Shown one piece after another: positions 1 to 10,317 of a DNA stretch of 64,000 nucleotides. Location: contig JAHJWB010000003.1 in NCBI GenBank assembly GCA_018828125.1, positions 275,034-339,033 of the forward strand. The letters are read 5' to 3'. Under the pieces are notes generated by a model that was not told the DNA's origin, made no database searches, and saw only the letters and a list, made by a program, of their open reading frames with translations. The translations under genes and the position numbers were made by a program. Each line of letters starts with the position of its first letter. Positions within the stretch are counted from its first letter, which is position 1. The DNA comes from Gammaproteobacteria bacterium. Lineage in GTDB: Bacteria > Pseudomonadota > Gammaproteobacteria > Burkholderiales > Burkholderiaceae_C.

Positions 1-151
1 CGCGCGATCATGTCGGCGCTGCCTCCATCGGGCAGCGCTACCATGACCTTGACGGGGCGGTCTGGGTAGTGCCTTGTGCGAGAGCGATCGTAGTGATGCC
101 CAGCTCGAGCAGGGCGCAGGTGAAGATGAGGACTGAATACGGAAGCTACAT
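1..151 (-). pseudogene. Disrupted 5' end of a Bug/TctC (TTT family) substrate-binding protein gene; runs off the window edge
   Basis: GGGAG RBS, then ATG(151) TAG(148-146) followed by signal-like LPYSVLIFTCALLELGITTIALAQG; a 1-nt frameshift near 70 is needed to reach YPDRPVKVMVALPDGGSADMIAR, the typical Bug N-terminus. Confidence 0.75.
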
Positions 152-316
152 GACAAAAAGCTCCCCAATGGAATGGAACAGGACAAGCGCGATTTTTTGC
201 AAGCCTGCGCCCATCGATTTGCGTACCAGAACCATCACCTGAAGGAGGTATATCGCAGCTCGATGAGCTCGAGCAACTCCTGTACCAACCGGAGGTGGCA
301 GCCGGCACCTCGGCCT

Positions 317-814
317 TCAGTACGGGGTCAGCACCGCATCGATCTCCAGCTCCACCCACACTCCATCGGGCAGGCTGGTCACCCCAAGCGCGCTGCGCGC
401 GGGCAGCGCGTGCTGTGGAAATGCGATGGCCAGCACGCGCGACGCGGCATCGAGCACCTGTGGGTGCGCGCCAAACCCAGGTGCAGAGCGCACAAATCCG
501 CGCATGCGCACCACGTGCTGCACGCGGGCCAGCTCGCCACCACAGGCCATGCGCAGCGCGGCCAGGGTGTTGAGCACGGCCACGGTGGCCGCTTGGCGGG
601 CGGGCTGAAGGTCTGCATCTGATTCGCAGATGCCGGCCAGGGCCTGGCCGTCGATGCGGCTGGTCTGCCCGCTCACCGCCACCCAGCGCTGGCCTGCCAC
701 CTCGTGCACATGGTAGGGTGCATAGCTGCCGCGCGGCTGGGGTGCGGGTGGCAGTACTAAGCTAGCGGCGGTCAGGCGCTCTTCGGGCGTCATGTGCACG
801 GTCTTGTCATTCAT
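317..814 (-). CDS. RidA/YjgF/UK114 family protein
   Basis: P-x-P-x-G-S-Y start, VAVSGQ, ARSALGVTSLP and VELEID motifs; overlaps the upstream PhzF-like gene. Confidence 0.85.
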   Translation of the reverse strand: MNDKTVHMTPEERLTAASLVLPPAPQPRGSYAPYHVHEVAGQRWVAVSGQTSRIDGQALAGICESDADLQPARQAATVAVLNTLAALRMACGGELARVQHVVRMRGFVRSAPGFGAHPQVLDAASRVLAIAFPQHALPARSALGVTSLPDGVWVELEIDAVLTPY

Positions 815-1730
815 GCCGCACCCCGACTACTTCGCCGCTGAGCCAGCAGCCGGCCACCGCACCGTGTGCATCGAAGCGCGGCCGCACCGCAATAGCTGAC
901 GGGCTGCCCATGGCATCACCCTGGCACACGGTGCAGACCACGGGCGCTGCCGCATTGCCCATTTCGATGGTGCCGGAGGCTGCCAAGTGCCCCCAGAGCG
1001 CCGCTGCCGCAATGCCGGTGGCTGCATCTTCCGGGTAGCCGGACTTGCGCGGGAACTGGCGCGCGAAGACGGTGGGCTCTGCCGTCGGCTGCCCGTCGGA
1101 GGCTAGCGCATAGGGGTACAGGCCGGTGGAGGCGATGGCATCGCAAACTGCCTCCATGGCCGCGAAGTCGGGTGCCAGGCCGTTCAGCGCCGCCACATCA
1201 GGCAGAGGCACCAGGGTCTTCACGCGGCTGGTGGCGGCGTTGGTCATGGCGATGGGAGCGGCGGCAGGCAGGCGCAGCGCGCGTGCCACGAGCGCTGCCT
1301 CAGCGCTCTCCAGCACCTCTTCGCGCACGGCGGGCTGCGAGATCCACACCCGCTGGCCTTCTTCATCCCACTCAACGTCCACCAATCCGCTCATCGTCTG
1401 CACGCGCGCGGTGGGCGTGGTCCACACGCCCCAGCGGCGCAGCGCCCACAGGCTGCCTACGGTGGCATGGCCGCACATCTCCATCTCGTGGTTCGGCACA
1501 AAAAAGCGCAGGCGCCAGTCAGCCCCGCGCCCATCCGCCGGCAGCACGAAGGCCGACTCGTGTCCTTGAGCGCGCGCAATCTCCTGCATCTGCGCTGCAT
1601 CCATGCCGCGCGCATCGGCCACCAGCGGCACGGGGTTGCCGCCGCCCGAGCCGTTGACGAACACTCTGATCAGAACGACTTGGCCAGCAGCGGGCAGCGA
1701 GGCGGGAAAGTGAGAGATGTGGTCAGTCAA
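807..1730 (-). CDS. PhzF/YddE family isomerase
   Basis: VFVNGSGGGNPVPLV, HESAFV, EMEMCGHAT and EDAATG motifs; probable TTG start at 1730 overlapping the Bug stop (start uncertain). Confidence 0.85.
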   Translation of the reverse strand: MTDHISHFPASLPAAGQVVLIRVFVNGSGGGNPVPLVADARGMDAAQMQEIARAQGHESAFVLPADGRGADWRLRFFVPNHEMEMCGHATVGSLWALRRWGVWTTPTARVQTMSGLVDVEWDEEGQRVWISQPAVREEVLESAEAALVARALRLPAAAPIAMTNAATSRVKTLVPLPDVAALNGLAPDFAAMEAVCDAIASTGLYPYALASDGQPTAEPTVFARQFPRKSGYPEDAATGIAAAALWGHLAASGTIEMGNAAAPVVCTVCQGDAMGSPSAIAVRPRFDAHGAVAGCWLSGEVVGVRHE

Positions 1731-2718
1731 AGCGGGCTCCCACGGCCTTGGCAATGCGGCCCCAATAGATGGTGTCGCGAGCCACGGCGGCTTTCAGTGC
1801 ATCGGGCGTGCCCGTTGCGGCATTCAAGCCCAGCGCCGCCAACTCCGCGCCCACGGCGCGGTCGGACAACACGGTGTTGAGTGCCTGGTTGAAGCGCTCC
1901 ACCACGGCCTTGGGTGTCTGCGCGGGAAAGACGATGCCGTACCACAGTGACTGGTCGAACCCCGCCATGCCCTGCTGCTGGAAGGTGGGCACGCCGGTGA
2001 GCAGTGCATTTGGCGCTGTGGTGGCCACGGCGTGGATGCGGCCCGCGCGGATGTAGGGCACCAGCCCGGCCGGGTTGTCGAACATCAGCTGCACCTGGCC
2101 CGATATCAGGTCAGTGTAGGCCGGCGCTGCGCCGCGGTAGGGGATGTGCACCAGCGGCACCTTGGCTACGCCCTTGAACTGCTCGCCCAGCAGGTGTGAC
2201 ACCGTGCCCGCGCCCACCGATGCGAAGCTGAAGCCCTCGGGTTTGGCCTTGAGCGCGGCCAGCAGAGCCTTGGTGTCGGGCTTGCCCAAGCCACCGGTGG
2301 TAGCCAGCACATAGGGCGACGTGCCGATGAAGCCGGCGTAGGCGAAGTCCTTAGCCGGGTCGAACGGCAGTTTGGGGAACACGCTGACGCTGACCGCGTG
2401 TGTGCTGGTGGTGGCTACGCCGGCGGTGTAGCCGTCGGGCGTTGCGCGGGCCACCAGCGCAGAGCCCAGCGTACCGCCCGCGCCTGCGCGGTTGTCGATG
2501 ACGAGGGGCTGGCCCAGCTCCTTTTGCAGCCGGGGCTGCAGGGCGCGCACCACCAGGTCGGTGCCGCCGCCGGCCGGGAAAGGCACGACCAGGGTGATGG
2601 GCTTGGAGGGCCATGTGCTCGTCTGCGCGAGCAAGGGGGTGCATATGCCGGCGAGGGCAAGGGCCAGGGCCAGCAGGGCATGTCTGCGGGGATGGGAAAC
2701 GGGGTGCGAGGCGGGCAT
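1723..2718 (-). CDS. Bug/TctC tripartite tricarboxylate transporter substrate-binding protein
   Basis: Signal peptide, WPSKPITLVVPFPAGGGTD, DNRAGAGG and HIPYRG motifs. Confidence 0.93.
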   Translation of the reverse strand: MPASHPVSHPRRHALLALALALAGICTPLLAQTSTWPSKPITLVVPFPAGGGTDLVVRALQPRLQKELGQPLVIDNRAGAGGTLGSALVARATPDGYTAGVATTSTHAVSVSVFPKLPFDPAKDFAYAGFIGTSPYVLATTGGLGKPDTKALLAALKAKPEGFSFASVGAGTVSHLLGEQFKGVAKVPLVHIPYRGAAPAYTDLISGQVQLMFDNPAGLVPYIRAGRIHAVATTAPNALLTGVPTFQQQGMAGFDQSLWYGIVFPAQTPKAVVERFNQALNTVLSDRAVGAELAALGLNAATGTPDALKAAVARDTIYWGRIAKAVGARFD

Positions 2719-2839
2719 GGGAAAAACTCCATCACGAAGGAGTCCTCATGCTAGGAACGGCGCCCCGATCCGGAAAACCAGGATGCGACAGGCCGCGATC
2801 CCATTTGCGACATGCGCCGCAGCAGGCGCGATGGATGGA

Positions 2840-3619
2840 TCAGTGCAGTACCGATTTCAGCAGGCGCGTGAGGTGTCCGCTGGTCGCAAACCCGAGCTGC
2901 ACGCTCACCTGCGCCAGCGACAGGCCGGTGGCCAGCAGCCGGCGCGCATGCGCGGCCAGCATCTGGCGGCGCAGCGCCACGGGGCTCTGGCCCAGTTCAT
3001 CCTGGCATGCGCGCTGCAGCTGGCGCGTGGAGGTGCCCAGTTCGCAGGCGATGGCCTCGATGCCGGGCAGGGGCTCGTTCCATTCCAGCGTCTGGGCAAA
3101 GCGCACCAGCATCTGCCGCGCGGGCGAGCGCGGCCGCGCCACGTCGAGCGGGCGGGCCCGGGCGATCTGGCGCACCACGGCCAGCACCAGTGGCTCGGCC
3201 GCGCGCGGGTCCAGCGCCGGGGCCAGCAGCGCATCGAGCATGGCCAGCGCTGCAGCGTCCAGACGGATGGCACCACGGCCCGTGCAGGTACGCGCGATCT
3301 CGGGCGCTAGGTACAGCTCGCCATGCTCCTGCTGTTGCGTGGCGGACTGGGTGCGGTGCGCCGTGGAGACGGGCAGGATGATGGCCTGGCTGCGTGCCAA
3401 GCGTATCTGGTCAAAGCCGGCGTTGATGGAGTGCGCGCCTTCTGCCTGCCAGGCGCTCTGCAGCGCCCCCTTGCGCGGCCACAGCAGCATGGCGCAGTCG
3501 TGCACATGCCAGTCGAACTCGTAGTGCGGCTGCCGACTGTGGCGCAGCGCAAAGCCCTGGGCCGCCAGTTGGGGCAGCTTGGGCGAGAGCTGGGGCGGGT
3601 GCGGGGTGGCGGGGGTCAT
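2840..3619 (-). CDS. AraC family transcriptional regulator
   Basis: N-terminal cupin-like DWHVHD; C-terminal double HTH (IACELGTSTRQLQR; LAQVSVQLGFATSGHLTR). Confidence 0.9.
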   Translation of the reverse strand: MTPATPHPPQLSPKLPQLAAQGFALRHSRQPHYEFDWHVHDCAMLLWPRKGALQSAWQAEGAHSINAGFDQIRLARSQAIILPVSTAHRTQSATQQQEHGELYLAPEIARTCTGRGAIRLDAAALAMLDALLAPALDPRAAEPLVLAVVRQIARARPLDVARPRSPARQMLVRFAQTLEWNEPLPGIEAIACELGTSTRQLQRACQDELGQSPVALRRQMLAAHARRLLATGLSLAQVSVQLGFATSGHLTRLLKSVLH

Positions 3620-3667
3620 GTCAACACCTGTGCAGGGATCGTGCCAGATGCGCCCGCCACCCGCAAC

Positions 3668-6600
3668 TCAGGCCGCCAGGGGCTGCGGCTGCCCCAGCGA
3701 CCGCAGTATGTCCCGCACCATCTGCGCGCGGTCCTTGGGGTCTTTCAGTTCGCGCTCGATGCGCAGCTTCTCATTGCCCGCCAGCTTGATGTGTTTGTTT
3801 TTCTGGATCAGCTCGATGATGCGCATCGGGTCGATCGGCGGCTGGGGCTTGAAGGTGATGTTGATCACGCCGGGCGCCGCATCGACCTTCATCACGCCGT
3901 AGGGCTGGCTCAGCACGCGCAGGCGGTGCACGTCGATGAGGGTTTGCGCCTGCGGCGGCAGTTTGCCGAAGCGGTCCACGATCTCTTCGAGCAGGCCGTC
4001 GATCTGGTCGGGGTTCTTGGCGGTGGCCAGCTTCTTGTAGAACGACAGGCGCAGGTGCACGTCACCGCAGTAGTCGTCGGGCAGCAGTGCGGGGGCGTGC
4101 AGGTTGATGTCGGTGGTGACGGACAAGGGGCTGAGCAAATCGGGCTCCTTGCCCGCCTTGAGCGCTTTGACAGCTTCGTTCAGCATCTCGTTGTACAGCT
4201 GGAAACCCACCTCCAGCATATTGCCGCTCTGGTTTTCGCCCAGCACCTCGCCCGCCCCTCGAATTTCGAGGTCGTGCATCGCTAGGTAGAAGCCGCTGCC
4301 CAGTTCTTCCATCTGCTGAATGGCGTCGAGCCGCTGCTGGGCGTGTTTGGTCAGGCCTTCAATGTCCGGCACCATCAGATACGCGTACGCTTGGTGGTGG
4401 CTGCGGCCCACCCGCCCGCGCAGCTGGTGCAGCTGCGCCAGGCCAAACTTGTCGGCGCGGCTCATGATGATGGTGTTGGCCGTGGGCACGTCGATGCCGG
4501 TCTCGATGATGGTCGAGCACAAGAGGATGTTGTAGCGCTGGGCCACGAAGTCGCGCATCACGCGCTCGAGCTCGCGCTCGGGCATCTGGCCGTGGGCCAC
4601 GGCGATGCGGGCCTCGGGCAGTATCTCTTCGAGCTTCTGGCGGCGGTTCTCGATGGTCTCCACCTCGTTGTGCAGGAAGTAGACCTGGCCGCCGCGCTTG
4701 AGTTCGCGCAGCACGGCCTCGCGGATCACGCCCGTGCCCTCGTTGCGCACAAAGGTCTTGATCGCCAGGCGCCGCTGCGGCGCGGTGGCGATGACCGAGA
4801 GGTCGCGCAGACCTTCGAGTGCCATGCCCAGCGTGCGCGGGATGGGCGTGGCCGTGAGGGTGAGCACGTCCACCTCAGCGCGCAGGGCCTTCATCTGCTC
4901 CTTGTGGCGCACGCCAAAGCGGTGCTCCTCGTCGATGATCAAGAGGCCCAGGTTGTGGAATTTGGTCGATTCGCTCAATAGCTTGTGCGTGCCCACCACG
5001 ATGTCCACCGTGCCGTCGCCGATGCCCTTGATGGCTGAGGTGATCTCCTTGCCCGAGCGGAAGCGCGACACCTCGGCCACCTTCACCGGCCACTTGCTGA
5101 ATCGGTCCACCAATGTCTGGTAGTGCTGCTCTGCCAGCAGCGTGGTGGGTGCGAGGAAGGCCACCTGCTTGCCGCCTGTGACAGCTACAAAGGCCGCGCG
5201 CAGCGCCACCTCGGTCTTGCCGAAACCCACGTCGCCGCAGACCAGGCGGTCCATGGGGCGGGGGCTGATCATGTCCTGGATCACCGCGTGGATGGCGGCG
5301 TTCTGATCGGCGGTTTCTTCAAAGCCGAAGTCGTTGGCAAAGGTCTCGTAGTCCTGCGGGCTGTAGCGGAAGGCATGGCCTTGGCGCAGCGCGCGGCGGG
5401 CGTAGATGTTGAGCAGCTCGGCCGCACTGTCGCGCACCTGCTCGGCGGCCTTGCGCTTGGCCTTTTCCCACTGCCCGCTGCCCAGCTTGTGCAGCGGCGC
5501 CTCGTCGGCGCTCACGCCGGTGTAGCGGCTGATGAGCTGCAGCTGGCTCACGGGCACATACAGCACGGCCTTGTCGGCATATTCGAGGTGCAGAAACTCC
5601 TGCATGGCGGGCGTGCCGTCGGGGTTCTTGTTGCCCACGTCCATGTTGATCAGGCCGCGGTAGCGGCCGATGCCATGGGCGCTGTGCACCACGGGGTCAC
5701 CCACGTTCAGCTCGGCCAGATCCTTGATCAGCGCCTCGACGTCGCTCACCTGCTCCTGCTTCTTGCGCCGGCGCGTGGTGGGGCCAGCGGCAAACAGCTC
5801 GGTTTCGGTGACGAAGTCGATGCCGTCCTCGACCCAGCTGAAGCCCACGGTGAGGCCGGCGGTGGCAATGCCCACCTTCTCGGCGGGCTCGCCCTGGAAC
5901 TCGGCCAGCGAGTCGAAGGCCGGCGGGTTCACACCGCTGGCGCGCAGAAAGTCGAGCAGGCTTTCGCGCCGGCCATCGCTCTCGGCCAGCAGCAGCACGC
6001 GGTGCTGCGTATTGCGAATGTGGGCGTGCAGGCGGGCCAGCGGGTCTTCGGCACCGCGCACCACCGACAGGTCACCGAGCTTGTGAAAGCTTGGGTTGTC
6101 ATCCACGTCCTGCACGCCGGGGCGCAACGACAACTGGGCGTGCTCCTTGGCACGCGTATAGAACTGGTCGGCCGATAGAAAAAGTGACTCGGGCGGCAGC
6201 GCAGGGCGTTCCGGGTCGCCTTGCACCAGGCGGAACCGGTCTTTGGTGTCCTGCCAGAAGCGCTGGAAGGCGGGTTCGAGGTCGCCGTGCAATACCACCG
6301 TGGCCTCGCCGCCCAGGTAGTCGAAGACGGTGGCCGTCTCGTCGAAGAACAGCGGCAGGTAGTACTCGATGCCGGCGGTGGCCACGCCCGCGCCCATGTC
6401 TTTGTAGATGCGGCTCTTGGTGGGGTCGCCCTCCAGCATCTCGCGCCAGCGGCTTCTGAATTTGGCGCGCGCGTCGTCGTCCATGGGGAACTCGCGGCCG
6501 GGCAGCAGGCGCACCTCGGGCACGGGGTACAGACTGCGCTGGCTGTCGGGGTCGAACGTGCGGATGCTGTCGATCTCGTCGTCGAACAGGTCCACACGGA

Positions 6601-7147
6601 ACGGCACGAGCGAGCCCATCGGAAACAGGTCGATCAGCCCGCCGCGCACTGCGTATTCGCCAGGGCTCACCACTTGGGACACGTGGCTGTATCCGGCCAG
6701 CGTGAGCTGGGCCTTGAACTTGGCCTCGTCGAGCTTTTGCTTGACCTTGAAGTGGAAGGTGTAGCCCGCCAGGAACGAGGGGGGGGCGAGGCGGTACAGC
6801 GCCGTGGTGGCGGGCACCAGCACCACGTCGGCGCCGGTGTCCTTGTCCTTCTGGCTGATGCGCCAGAGCGTGGCCAGACGCTCACTGATCAGGTCCTGGT
6901 GCGGCGAGAACGTGTCGTAGGGGAGCGTTTCCCAGTCCGGGAACAGTGCGCAGCGCAGCGTGGGCGCGAAGAAGGCCATTTCCTCAATGAGCCGCTGCGC
7001 ATCGGTGGCGTCGGCCGTGACGATGGCGGTGGTGCGGCCCGCGGCCTTGTCGCGTTCTGCCAGCCGGGCCAGCAGCAGGGAATCGGCGCTGCCCACAGGG
7101 CGGGGCAGGGTAAAACGTTTTCCGGGGGAGAGTTTGGGCAGTTCCAT
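3668..7147 (-). CDS. mfd: Transcription-repair coupling factor
   Basis: FPDWETLPYD, CGDVGFGKT, DEEHRFG and TRCF C-terminus; start taken at MELPK (7147). Confidence 0.97.
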   Translation of the reverse strand: MELPKLSPGKRFTLPRPVGSADSLLLARLAERDKAAGRTTAIVTADATDAQRLIEEMAFFAPTLRCALFPDWETLPYDTFSPHQDLISERLATLWRISQKDKDTGADVVLVPATTALYRLAPPSFLAGYTFHFKVKQKLDEAKFKAQLTLAGYSHVSQVVSPGEYAVRGGLIDLFPMGSLVPFRVDLFDDEIDSIRTFDPDSQRSLYPVPEVRLLPGREFPMDDDARAKFRSRWREMLEGDPTKSRIYKDMGAGVATAGIEYYLPLFFDETATVFDYLGGEATVVLHGDLEPAFQRFWQDTKDRFRLVQGDPERPALPPESLFLSADQFYTRAKEHAQLSLRPGVQDVDDNPSFHKLGDLSVVRGAEDPLARLHAHIRNTQHRVLLLAESDGRRESLLDFLRASGVNPPAFDSLAEFQGEPAEKVGIATAGLTVGFSWVEDGIDFVTETELFAAGPTTRRRKKQEQVSDVEALIKDLAELNVGDPVVHSAHGIGRYRGLINMDVGNKNPDGTPAMQEFLHLEYADKAVLYVPVSQLQLISRYTGVSADEAPLHKLGSGQWEKAKRKAAEQVRDSAAELLNIYARRALRQGHAFRYSPQDYETFANDFGFEETADQNAAIHAVIQDMISPRPMDRLVCGDVGFGKTEVALRAAFVAVTGGKQVAFLAPTTLLAEQHYQTLVDRFSKWPVKVAEVSRFRSGKEITSAIKGIGDGTVDIVVGTHKLLSESTKFHNLGLLIIDEEHRFGVRHKEQMKALRAEVDVLTLTATPIPRTLGMALEGLRDLSVIATAPQRRLAIKTFVRNEGTGVIREAVLRELKRGGQVYFLHNEVETIENRRQKLEEILPEARIAVAHGQMPERELERVMRDFVAQRYNILLCSTIIETGIDVPTANTIIMSRADKFGLAQLHQLRGRVGRSHHQAYAYLMVPDIEGLTKHAQQRLDAIQQMEELGSGFYLAMHDLEIRGAGEVLGENQSGNMLEVGFQLYNEMLNEAVKALKAGKEPDLLSPLSVTTDINLHAPALLPDDYCGDVHLRLSFYKKLATAKNPDQIDGLLEEIVDRFGKLPPQAQTLIDVHRLRVLSQPYGVMKVDAAPGVINITFKPQPPIDPMRIIELIQKNKHIKLAGNEKLRIERELKDPKDRAQMVRDILRSLGQPQPLAA

Positions 7148-7242
7148 GCGGACGGTGTCGTCTGGGCCCGCCGCATCCCCAGGGGCACAAAACGCGCACG
7201 GGCTGGATGGGGGGCAACGGGAGATTTTAGAATGAGCGACCC

Positions 7243-8181
7243 ATGACTGCTCCGTTGCTGCAACCTCCGCTCGCCCCCTTGTCTGCCCACGGGCGATTTT
7301 GGGCGCTGGTGCCCTGTGCCGGGATCGGCTCCCGAGCCATCGCGGCAGGTGTTGCGGCTCACCCCGTCGCAGGGGGCAGCACCTCGTCCGCTGCAGCATG
7401 CGGTGACTCCTCCAGTGTTTCGACGCTGGCCGCGTTTTCTGCAGCAGACGTTGCGCTTTCTATGCCCGCTGGCCCGTTGCCCAAGCAGTACCACCCGGTG
7501 GCCGGTCATCCGATGGTGTTGCACACACTGGGTGCCTTTGCTGGCGTGGGGCGGTTGCTGGGCACGCTGGTGGCGGTGGCGCCAGGCGATCATTTTCTGG
7601 ACGCCCATGCGCATGCGACTTTTTTTGTGGTCGAGTGCGGAGGCCCCACCCGTGGTGACACCGTGCTGGGGGGGCTCAAGGCACTGCTGGCGCGTGGGGC
7701 GCAGCCAGACGACTGGGTGCTGGTGCATGACGCCGCGCGTTGCCTCATCACTTCAGAGCAGATCGACACCCTCATCGACCAGTGCGCAGGCGACAGCGTG
7801 GGGGGCCTGCTGGCGCACAAGCTGGCCGACACGCTCAAGACCTCCATCGACGGTCCGGGCGGTGTGCGGGTGGCTTCTACGGTGGACCGCAGCAACAAGT
7901 GGTTGGCGCAGACCCCCCAAATGTTCCGCATCGGCCCGTTGATGGATGCGATTGAGAAGGTGGGCTCCAACGTGACCGACGAGGCAAGCGCGATGGAAGC
8001 GATGGGCCTGCACCCCCGTCTGGTGCCGGGCGGGGCGCAAAATTTCAAGGTGACGTATCCGGACGACTTTGCGCTGGCTGCGGCTGTGCTGGCCCAGCGC
8101 GGCTACGGCACCACGCTGGCCCGTTTTGGCGGCGAACGGGGCCAGGTGACCGTGGCCCCAGGCAAAAAGAACCTGTTCTGA
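7243..8181 (+). CDS. ispD: 2-C-methyl-D-erythritol 4-phosphate cytidylyltransferase with a loop insertion
   Basis: AGIGSR...[31 protein letters not shown]. Confidence 0.93.
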   Translation: MTAPLLQPPLAPLSAHGRFWALVPCAGIGSRAIAAGVAAHPVAGGSTSSAAACGDSSSVSTLAAFSAADVALSMPAGPLPKQYHPVAGHPMVLHTLGAFAGVGRLLGTLVAVAPGDHFLDAHAHATFFVVECGGPTRGDTVLGGLKALLARGAQPDDWVLVHDAARCLITSEQIDTLIDQCAGDSVGGLLAHKLADTLKTSIDGPGGVRVASTVDRSNKWLAQTPQMFRIGPLMDAIEKVGSNVTDEASAMEAMGLHPRLVPGGAQNFKVTYPDDFALAAAVLAQRGYGTTLARFGGERGQVTVAPGKKNLF

Positions 8182-8264
8182 GCGGTGGCTCGGGCGGCTT
8201 GGTGCAACCGCACAGAGCACACCCCGACCAGCGCCAACCACACACATCAAGACAAGGTCATGGC

Positions 8265-8744
8265 ATGAATTTCAGGATCGGTGAAGGTTGGGACGTGCAT
8301 GCGCTCGTACCAGGTCGCAGATTGGTGATCGGTGGGGTGGACGTTCCCCACACGATGGGCCTGCTGGGGCATTCGGACGCGGATGTGCTGCTGCACGCCA
8401 TCACCGATGCGCTGCTGGGTGCGGCAGCGTTGGGCGATATCGGCAGCCATTTTCCGGACACCGACGCCACCTTTCGCGGCGCGGATTCGGGTGTGCTGCT
8501 GGCCGAGGCGGTGCGCAGGGTGCGCGCTGCAGGCTATGAGATTGGCAACATTGACAGCACGGTGGTCGCGCAGGCGCCGCGTTTGGCAGCGCACATCCCC
8601 GCCATGCGCGCAGCGATTGCGCGCGCCGTGGGAGTGCAAGAGGGCCAGGTCAACGTGAAGGCCAAAACGGCTGAGCGCCTGGGTCCTGTCGGGCAGGGGC
8701 TGGCCATGGAGGCGCGGGCGGCCGCCCTGATCTATCTGAAGTAG
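8265..8744 (+). CDS. ispF: 2-C-methyl-D-erythritol 2,4-cyclodiphosphate synthase
   Basis: [30 protein letters not shown]. Confidence 0.96.
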   Translation: MNFRIGEGWDVHALVPGRRLVIGGVDVPHTMGLLGHSDADVLLHAITDALLGAAALGDIGSHFPDTDATFRGADSGVLLAEAVRRVRAAGYEIGNIDSTVVAQAPRLAAHIPAMRAAIARAVGVQEGQVNVKAKTAERLGPVGQGLAMEARAAALIYLK

Positions 8745-8780
8745 ACCCGCTGGGCCGGGTGCAAGCCGGCCTCACGCGTG

Positions 8781-10310
8781 TCACGCCATCCGGTCTTCGG
8801 CCCGCCGACGCGGCAGCTGCCGTTTGATGGACGGACGCTGCAGGCGCTGTTTGGGGTCTGCACCGTCGGGCAGATCCGTGGCTCGTTGCAATTGCAGGTG
8901 CGCCACCAAGCCGCCCGTGCTGGAGTTGGCCAGCGCAAAGATACCGCCCATGCGCTGCACGGTCTTGTCCACAATGGACAGCCCCAAGCCTGCCCCTGCG
9001 GCTGCCGTGCGTGCGGAGTCGCCCCGAAAGAAGGGCTTGGTCAGGTTGGACAACTGCTCGGGCGGTACTCCCGGGCCATGGTCGCGCAGCTTGACCAACA
9101 CCCAATTTTCGCGGCCCTTGGCCACGACATCGACATTGGTGATGCCGGTGTCGTCTGCCTTGCCATAGCGTCGCGCGTTTTCCAGCAGGTTGGAGATCAC
9201 GCGCGCCAACTCCACCTCATCGGCAAGCACGTTAAGGTCTTCAGGCACGGACATGGTGATCTGCAGCTCGCGGTGGTCTTGCACTGCATACACGCAGGAC
9301 GACACCACGGCAAGCAGGTTGACCGGTGTCAGCGTGACATGGTCCGGCCGCGCATAGTCCAGAAATTTGTCGATGGTGGCATCAAGCTGCACGATGTCGG
9401 CCACCATGTGTTCGCGCGCCACTTCATCGGTCACGCTCATTTCGGTCTCCAGCCGCAGCCGGGCCAGAGGCGTGCGCAGGTCGTGCGAAATACCCGCCAG
9501 CATCACCGCGCGATCTTGTTCCAGCTTGGCCAGTTTCTGGGCCATGCGGTTAAAGCCGATGTTCACCTCGCGGATTTCGCTGGTGACCACTTCTTCATCC
9601 AGGTGGCTGGCAGCAAAGTCACCGTCTTTCACGCGGTTGGCAGCGTACGACAACTGCTTGAGTGGCCGGTTGATCAGCCGCGCAATGGCTGCTGCGCCCG
9701 CCAGCGACAGTGCTGCCGCAGTGATCAACCAGATCAGCCACGTGCGGCCCCCGGCGGGGCTGAAGCGCGAACGGTCCATCAGCAGCCAGTTGGGGTCCCC
9801 GTTGATGTTGAAGCCCACCCACAGGCCGTTTTCTCCGTTCACGCTCTGCGCCACGATGGTGTCAGGCCCAAGGCGCTGGGTAAGCTCGTCGGTCAGGCGG
9901 TTCCCCAGCGCGGTGTTGTCCAGCAGCGCAAACTTGTCCTTGGGCTCGCGCGGGAGGATGCGCACGCCCTCCTGGTCGGCCATGGTCTTGATGAGCGAGA
10001 CGCGCGCAATGGCATCAGAGTGCACCAGCGCGGCACGGCTCAAGTTGACCAGCGACGCAATTTGCTGCGCTGTGTGCAAGGTGCGAGGTTCAAATTCGAG
10101 GGCGCGCAGCGTTTGCAGCCACGCCAGAATGCTGCCGACCAGCAGCAGCGCCAACAGAAAAAACGTGCGCCAGAAAAGATTCAGGCCCACGCGCGCGCGA
10201 TGCTCCCTCGCTTTGCGAAGCGCTTCAAGCGGCGCGGGGCTGGTGGCGTCGGAGGGGGCGGTCACGGACTGCCGAAACGATGATCTCGGCTTGCCGTCGG
10301 TCTTGCGCAT
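8781..10310 (-). CDS. EnvZ/RisS-like sensor histidine kinase
   Basis: Two TM segments, HAMP, ISHDLRTPL H-box, NLLENA, DHGPG, GLGL; directly downstream of ompR. Confidence 0.92.
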   Translation of the reverse strand: MRKTDGKPRSSFRQSVTAPSDATSPAPLEALRKAREHRARVGLNLFWRTFFLLALLLVGSILAWLQTLRALEFEPRTLHTAQQIASLVNLSRAALVHSDAIARVSLIKTMADQEGVRILPREPKDKFALLDNTALGNRLTDELTQRLGPDTIVAQSVNGENGLWVGFNINGDPNWLLMDRSRFSPAGGRTWLIWLITAAALSLAGAAAIARLINRPLKQLSYAANRVKDGDFAASHLDEEVVTSEIREVNIGFNRMAQKLAKLEQDRAVMLAGISHDLRTPLARLRLETEMSVTDEVAREHMVADIVQLDATIDKFLDYARPDHVTLTPVNLLAVVSSCVYAVQDHRELQITMSVPEDLNVLADEVELARVISNLLENARRYGKADDTGITNVDVVAKGRENWVLVKLRDHGPGVPPEQLSNLTKPFFRGDSARTAAAGAGLGLSIVDKTVQRMGGIFALANSSTGGLVAHLQLQRATDLPDGADPKQRLQRPSIKRQLPRRRAEDRMA

Positions 10311-10317
10311 GAAGGGC

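Noticed and set aside
146-148. Stop-codon recoding (amber read-through) in the Bug gene
   Set aside because: A frameshift follows within 80 nt, so decay or sequencing error is simpler.
807-1730. Phenazine biosynthesis
   Set aside because: No phzA/B/C/D/E/G nearby; the PhzF fold is widespread outside phenazine pathways.
7148-7399. N-terminal extension of mfd in the ORF track
   Set aside because: It overlaps ispD on the opposite strand, and Mfd homology starts at MELPK.
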